Shown here: piece by piece, positions 36,112 to 41,002 of the stretch
How the letters are laid out: each line of letters opens with the position of its first letter
Numbering within the stretch: the stretch's first letter is position 1
Notes under the pieces: model-generated
Databases searched by the model: none
Told to the model about the DNA's origin: nothing
The model's input: only the letters and a program-made list of their open reading frames with translations
Assembly (NCBI RefSeq): GCF_001194135.2
Contig: NC_068996.1
Coordinates: 10,729,556-10,770,557 of the forward strand
Direction: 5' to 3'
Length of the DNA: 41,002 nucleotides
From: Octopus bimaculoides
Taxonomy: Eukaryota
Translations under genes and position numbers: made by a program

Positions 36112-36330
36112 AGAGATCTACATAGAGTAGGGGTAGATATTTTCAAGAAACAACTCGACCTTTGGCTGTCCAAGGTATCAGATAAACTTACATCAAGGCA
36201 AGAAACTGAAAAGAGGGCAGCAATATAGAAAGCCAATCACAAAAGAATGGTCATTGAAAAGGTGGTAATACTGGCGGTGACCCAGCATGGGCTGAGCCTT
36301 TGGGCTGAAATGCTTAAAAGAATATAATAA
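36112..36330 (+). mobile_element. 3' end of CR1/L2-group LINE (RT C-terminus plus tail)
   Basis: RDLHRVGVDIFKKQLDLWLSKVSDKLTSRQETEKRAAI* resembles the FK..LD..L..VPD.P end of CR1-like ORF2; followed by ggcggtgacccagcatggg...gctgaaa tail. Confidence 0.7.
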
Positions 36331-36344
36331 TATATCACCCTTAT

Positions 36345-36836
36345 GTGTGCATCGCATCCATTACTCTCCAACTGCAACTAAATACCATGACTCAAGGATA
36401 CAAGGGCATCGACATTTTGAACCAGTTATTCTCAGACTGTCGATCAAGATTACCCTATGTTTTTGTCGATTGCAAAACCTTGAAGCGTGTCTCATCATTG
36501 ATAACGACAACTTTTCCTAAAAAATGTATTAAAAACAATACACAGATATACTATATAGCTGTGTACAGATGTTTAACAAATTCGGGTAGATTCAAACAGG
36601 AAAGATTTTTCACTCTCACGGAAATGAAAAAAAAAAGATCAACTTTTAGAAAAGGGTTCGGGGACATCATACCGAGTTGGGCTGATAAAACTGAACAAAA
36701 TGTAGGACACATTTTATCAGCTCCAGACAACAAATCCATCGTTATTAGCCCGCTAAAAGATGCTGATCTTACATGTAAACAACAAATAAATTTGCTGGCG
36801 TGTGCAAAGTTATGTAAAGCTGATGTTAATTACTAA
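36345..36836 (+). CDS. orphan ORF (163 codons; 149 aa from first ATG at 36387), unknown product
   Basis: stop-free from 36318 to TAA 36834-36836, non-repetitive, ATG in accATG context; no family recognised. Confidence 0.35.
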   Translation: MCIASITLQLQLNTMTQGYKGIDILNQLFSDCRSRLPYVFVDCKTLKRVSSLITTTFPKKCIKNNTQIYYIAVYRCLTNSGRFKQERFFTLTEMKKKRSTFRKGFGDIIPSWADKTEQNVGHILSAPDNKSIVISPLKDADLTCKQQINLLACAKLCKADVNY

Positions 36837-37346
36837 AAGCACACAAAGCAGTTATAATGACAAAAATCTGCCATATATTTATATTTATATTTAACAAGTT
36901 CTTGCACACTCAAACATGCAAAGATACATGTTGCGATAACAGTCCCACAAGAAAAAAACTCTATAGAGAATGTATGTGATAAAAACCCCCATAAAATACC
37001 GATATAAGCAGTGTATAATGTCATCGTATTGCATGCGTCGTTATGTTCTATCAACTCTAGACACTGAAACCGTCAGTACGTTCTTCTATACGTAACGAGG
37101 AAATAATAGCTTTATGCGCCCGTGTTTGTGTGTGTGTGTATGGATGCATGCATATATCCACATATATATATGCATATGCATATGTGTGTGTGTGTTTCTT
37201 TCTGTTGCTGTGTATTCGTGCACAAACATATAAATATGTATTTCATTCTTGTTTATTCGGTAAAAGAAAAAAAAATGCTATAAGACGAAAGCACCTTTTC
37301 AATAAAAACTTCTGCTTAAAATTTTTTTTTTTAGTTATTAAAACTA

Positions 37347-37453
37347 TTTCATCTTTTGGATCGATAAAATAAGTACCTGTCGAAAACCGGAGTGGATGGT
37401 ATTGACTGCACCCGATTCACCTCAAATTTGCTAGCCTTGTTTCTAAGTCATAA
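37347..37453 (+). mobile_element. 3' fragment of family A SINE
   Basis: tttcatcttttggatcgataaaataagtacc...aaatttgctagccttg. Confidence 0.65.
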
Positions 37454-37662
37454 ATAATTATTATTAACATCTTTCTATACGAGTACGGCAGCAACAGTAT
37501 CAGAAACTGGCAGCAGCAGAAACTCTAGCAGTAGCAGAACATGCAACAGTAGTAGTAGTAGTGTGGTGGTGGCAATGGTGGTATTGATGGTAGCAGTAGT
37601 AGAAGTTGTAGAATGGATGGTGGTGGTGGTAGTAGTATTAATGGTGATGATGGAAGCTGTAT

Positions 37663-37684
37663 TATTATTATTTATTATTATTGT

Positions 37685-37755
<71 letters not shown>

Positions 37756-37778
37756 TTATTATTATTATTATTATTATT
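37663..37778. repeat. compound (TAT)n/(ACT)n microsatellite
   Basis: direct reading. Confidence 0.95.
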
Positions 37779-38250
37779 GAGTGAGAGAGCAGTGCATGCC
37801 ATCAAAGTGACACTGGGGTAAAATATTCGAAGCCCAAAATACCGTCAGATAAGGGTACACCAGGCACATGCATCACAACCATATGTGTGTGACATGATGA
37901 TCTCATATCAAGATAAACAGCGCATGACCTCGCAAGTGGGGCCCAGTTAGAATTTTCTTCAGGTCGAGTAGCCTATCCCGCTCAAAAGGTCCCTGAATAA
38001 GGTTTGTTTGAGGATGTTGAGCAAAACACCCATGTTTCCAAAGGTGAATTATCCAAACCCCAAAGAATTCCCCTCAACACATGGCTATGATGCTCCCCCA
38101 CTACTTCTGCTCATGATCAGAGATGCACATATCGTCAACCACCAAGGGACATGCTCAGCTGGTTAAGGTCAAACAACTAACAAGCAAATCTGTGGTATTG
38201 AGCAGAATATTTGCTGTAGCCCATCTTTTATACCAAGACAAAACAACGTA
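37779..38250 (-). mobile_element. unclassified interspersed repeat ending in (TAA)n
   Basis: GC-richer block with a sharp boundary at the (TAA)n run; resembles a recurrent octopus repeat from recall, unverified. Confidence 0.45.
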
Positions 38251-38306
38251 CATGATAACACTTCCAATCAATTACGATCAGAAGCCATGAGTGGCACTGC
38301 CTGGTA

Positions 38307-38477
38307 CTGCATCAGGGCATTTATACTGCATCCGGACATTGGTACTGCATCCGGGCATTTATACTGCATCCGGGCATTTATATTGCATCCGGGCATTAGT
38401 ACTACATCCGGGCATTTATACTGCATCCAGGCATTTATACTGCATCCGGGCATTGGTACTGCATCCGGGCATTGGTA
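38307..38477. repeat. 19-bp minisatellite, 9 units, two variant types
   Basis: ctgcatccgggcatttata / ctgcatccgggcattggta units read directly. Confidence 0.97.
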
Positions 38478-38514
38478 CTGTATTATTGTTATTATTATTA
38501 TTATTATTATTATA

Positions 38515-38557
<43 letters not shown>

Positions 38558-39063
38558 GTAGTAGTAGTAGTAATGTGGTGGTGGTACTGATGGTAGTAGT
38601 AGTAGTAGTAGTATTGTTGTTGCTGTTGGTGGTGGTGGTAGTTGTAGCAGTAGTAGTAGGAGTAGTTGTGGCAGCAGCAGCAGTTATTTTACAGTAGCCA
38701 TCAACTTTTTTTTCAACTGTATACATTACATTATGAATGATACCATTTTCTGATTACGGATACCATTGAAATATCCCTTGATGATTCTATGTTTTTGTTT
38801 TACCCGTGTTATTTCAGTCTCTAAACTAAACCACGTGACATATTTTCATCCATGTGATTTTACTTTTGTTTCTACCTTTTATATATTTGCTGCATTTTAT
38901 TTATTTTTTTCGGAAATATAGAAAGGAAATACAATATTTCACTTTATTTCTTGTGTTCGAAAAGGAAAAACAAACTTTTCATGTATTTTTCACATATATT
39001 TTCTTTTTTTTTTTTCGGTTTCTGTGCTTTCCTAAATGTTTAAAAAATTCTTTCAGTGACATA

Positions 39064-39067
<4 letters not shown>

Positions 39068-39131
<64 letters not shown>
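39068..39131. repeat. (TAA)n microsatellite
   Basis: direct reading. Confidence 0.97.
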
Positions 39132-39134
<3 letters not shown>

Positions 39135-40085
39135 AAACAAAAATCCAAATTTTAGGAGACATTTTCGCAGATATTTTCGTTTATATCGTAACTTCTAATT
39201 CTCAGTAGAATCATTAACCTCATATTTCTTTGAAAATATATTTCCTTCTCTTCTTTCGTTACTTCTTGGAGTGTCTAGTTTACAAAACTTCTAATACATA
39301 AAATAGGATTCATAAGGAAATCAACAAAAATATCAAAAGAGCGAAAGTAAGCTGTAATCAACTTCTGTTTTCTCACAGAAATACAAGCTAAATATGTCGC
39401 AAATAACAGCCAAACGTGTGAAAAAATGGAAAGACTTTGTAAAATGCTGAAGAATGATCTGGAATCCAGGTACACTGTTAAGAGAAAATACTGAAAACAG
39501 CACAATAAAATCTAGGAGAGTTTATAAGTAAAACTAAATTTAGTGGAGCTCAAGAAATATGACGTTTCAAAACGAAATACTTCGTCTTTTAGCCACGCTG
39601 TCAGATTTATTTTTCTTCATTCATTAAACTACATTTACGAATCCAGAGTAATGTCCGAAAATTAGAAAGAGAACAGAGAGATGAATTAAAAAAATAAAAA
39701 TAAAGCAAAGAAATGAATGCTAGATCATGCAGCAACCCCATTTAGACTACCATGTTAAGCAAAAAGCCATAATTTATTACACGGCAATGAATTATATATT
39801 GAAAATAATCTTGTAGTGATAGTTCTTCATCATTACCAATCGGCAAATTACAATTGTGGCTTTGTAAATATGAATGATTAATTAACATGGTTATAAATTT
39901 TTCCATTACCATTTGTTAACGGGGAAAATAATTACTTATATTTATTTCAGGCTCGTCTTCAAAGAACCTCAGTTGAGTTTCTTCTTTTTACTACAGATGC
40001 ATTATTTGGGAACACATACACATTCGCAAGCACGTAAATGTATGCATGTATGAATAAATGTGTGTATCTATTAGGCATACACATG

Positions 40086-40140
40086 TACAATAATACCTCA
40101 CTTTACGAGGACCTGGTTTATGAGAGCCCGGGTTTACGAG
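40086..40140 (+). mobile_element. pogo/Tigger-like (Tc1/mariner) terminal inverted repeat
   Basis: TA-caataatacctcactttacgag...ggtttatgag...ggtttacgag resembles Tigger-type ends; possible partner at 40725-40747. Confidence 0.45.
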
Positions 40141-40852
40141 TTTTATTTTTCACTCCACTTTTATATGGTGTGCTGAAATTTTTCAAGAGCAAGATCCAAA
40201 TTTTGGACGAAGTGCAAAAGTTCTACTACAATAACAAATACTTCTGCGTGTTACTGAGATACTTATAGAGAACGAAATGAAGTTTCTACTAAGCAAACAA
40301 CTCTAGACTTGATTTTATATTAAAAATAGATCTACAAGTCAGTCTACGAGTGCTTGTGAATAGGCTATCGCATTTACAAGTAATGGTGTGCACGAGACTA
40401 GTGCGAGGGAAGGTGATGCAGAAAAAAATTATAATAATATTTTTAATTATGAATAATCTTGACATTCTCTTTAATTTACATAGAATATTCTTTACATTCT
40501 ACTGTTGCCTTATTGCCATTTATTTACGAGTATTAGAAACACTATAGGTAACATATTGTTCTGGAAATGAATTACGATTTATAACATAGGAAATTATTAC
40601 TCTGCTTTATTAGTTCCCGCTTAAGAGCGGTCTCTGGAAAACGAAGAAACTAGCATTATATATATATATATGTATATATATATAAGCAATGTTAAATCTC
40701 TGAACGAGGTATTAACAGTAACTGCACGATAAAGTGAAGTATATTTGCCACTTAAATGTGGCTGACCCCGAGGGGTGGATGTTACTGTTGCTTTTAGCCC
40801 CAGGAGGACATCTCCTCCAGCTGGCTATCGACACACATCTGTGCCCTGTCTG

Positions 40853-40983
40853 TATTTGCCAAGGGAAGTTATCTTTCCCATCTTGATCTACGATACGTAC
40901 GTACCCGAGTTTCAGGGTTATTTCCCTTCTTCAGCGTACGACAATCGCCGACCTTCGATGCAAAAGTCATCCCTTGGCAAATA
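40853..40983. repeat. 14-bp perfect inverted repeat enclosing 103 bp
   Basis: tatttgccaaggga (40853-40866) / tcccttggcaaata (40970-40983). Confidence 0.85.
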
Positions 40984-41002
40984 TATGTAACTTTCTCCAG
41001 TG

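Noticed and set aside
38287-38726. Overlapping ORFs and CRISPR-like appearance of the 19-bp array
   Set aside because: No unique spacers, no cas genes, eukaryotic context; the ORFs arise from a stop-free repeat unit.
40764-40840. Possible HDV-like ribozyme (ggctga...ttagcc)
   Set aside because: P1-like pairing exists, but no P3/L3 (YCC) or P1.1/J4-2 elements could be placed.

Overview
Eukaryotic, AT-rich, non-coding (intronic or intergenic) draft-assembly DNA. About 7.5 kb is N, in 16 gaps that mostly abut microsatellites. The repeat content resembles octopus (coleoid cephalopod) genomes; this is inferred from repeat families and was not verified. No recognisable host gene, rRNA, true tRNA or CRISPR array was found, and nearly all ORFs in the supplied track are N-run or microsatellite artefacts. 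The window is a mosaic of: (i) about 14 copies or fragments of a Meta-domain-like SINE family with interchangeable 3' tails; (ii) a tRNA-derived CORE-like SINE family with an internal microsatellite; (iii) three SINEs sharing one tRNA head but with different bodies; (iv) decayed LINE pieces (R4/Dong-like x3, CR1/L2-like 3' end); (v) a Penelope-like GIY-YIG fragment; (vi) Helitron/Helentron-type ends, MITE-like inverted repeats and minisatellites. The most interesting signals are: a type I hammerhead ribozyme motif with an unusually long stem II (19100-19188); an R4/Dong-like LINE 3' end sitting inside an (ACAT)n microsatellite (28064-28469); a near-perfect 29-bp pre-miRNA-like hairpin (33179-33251); a 46-bp inverted repeat (30700-30818); and two orphan non-repetitive ORFs (15074-15478 minus, 36345-36836 plus).
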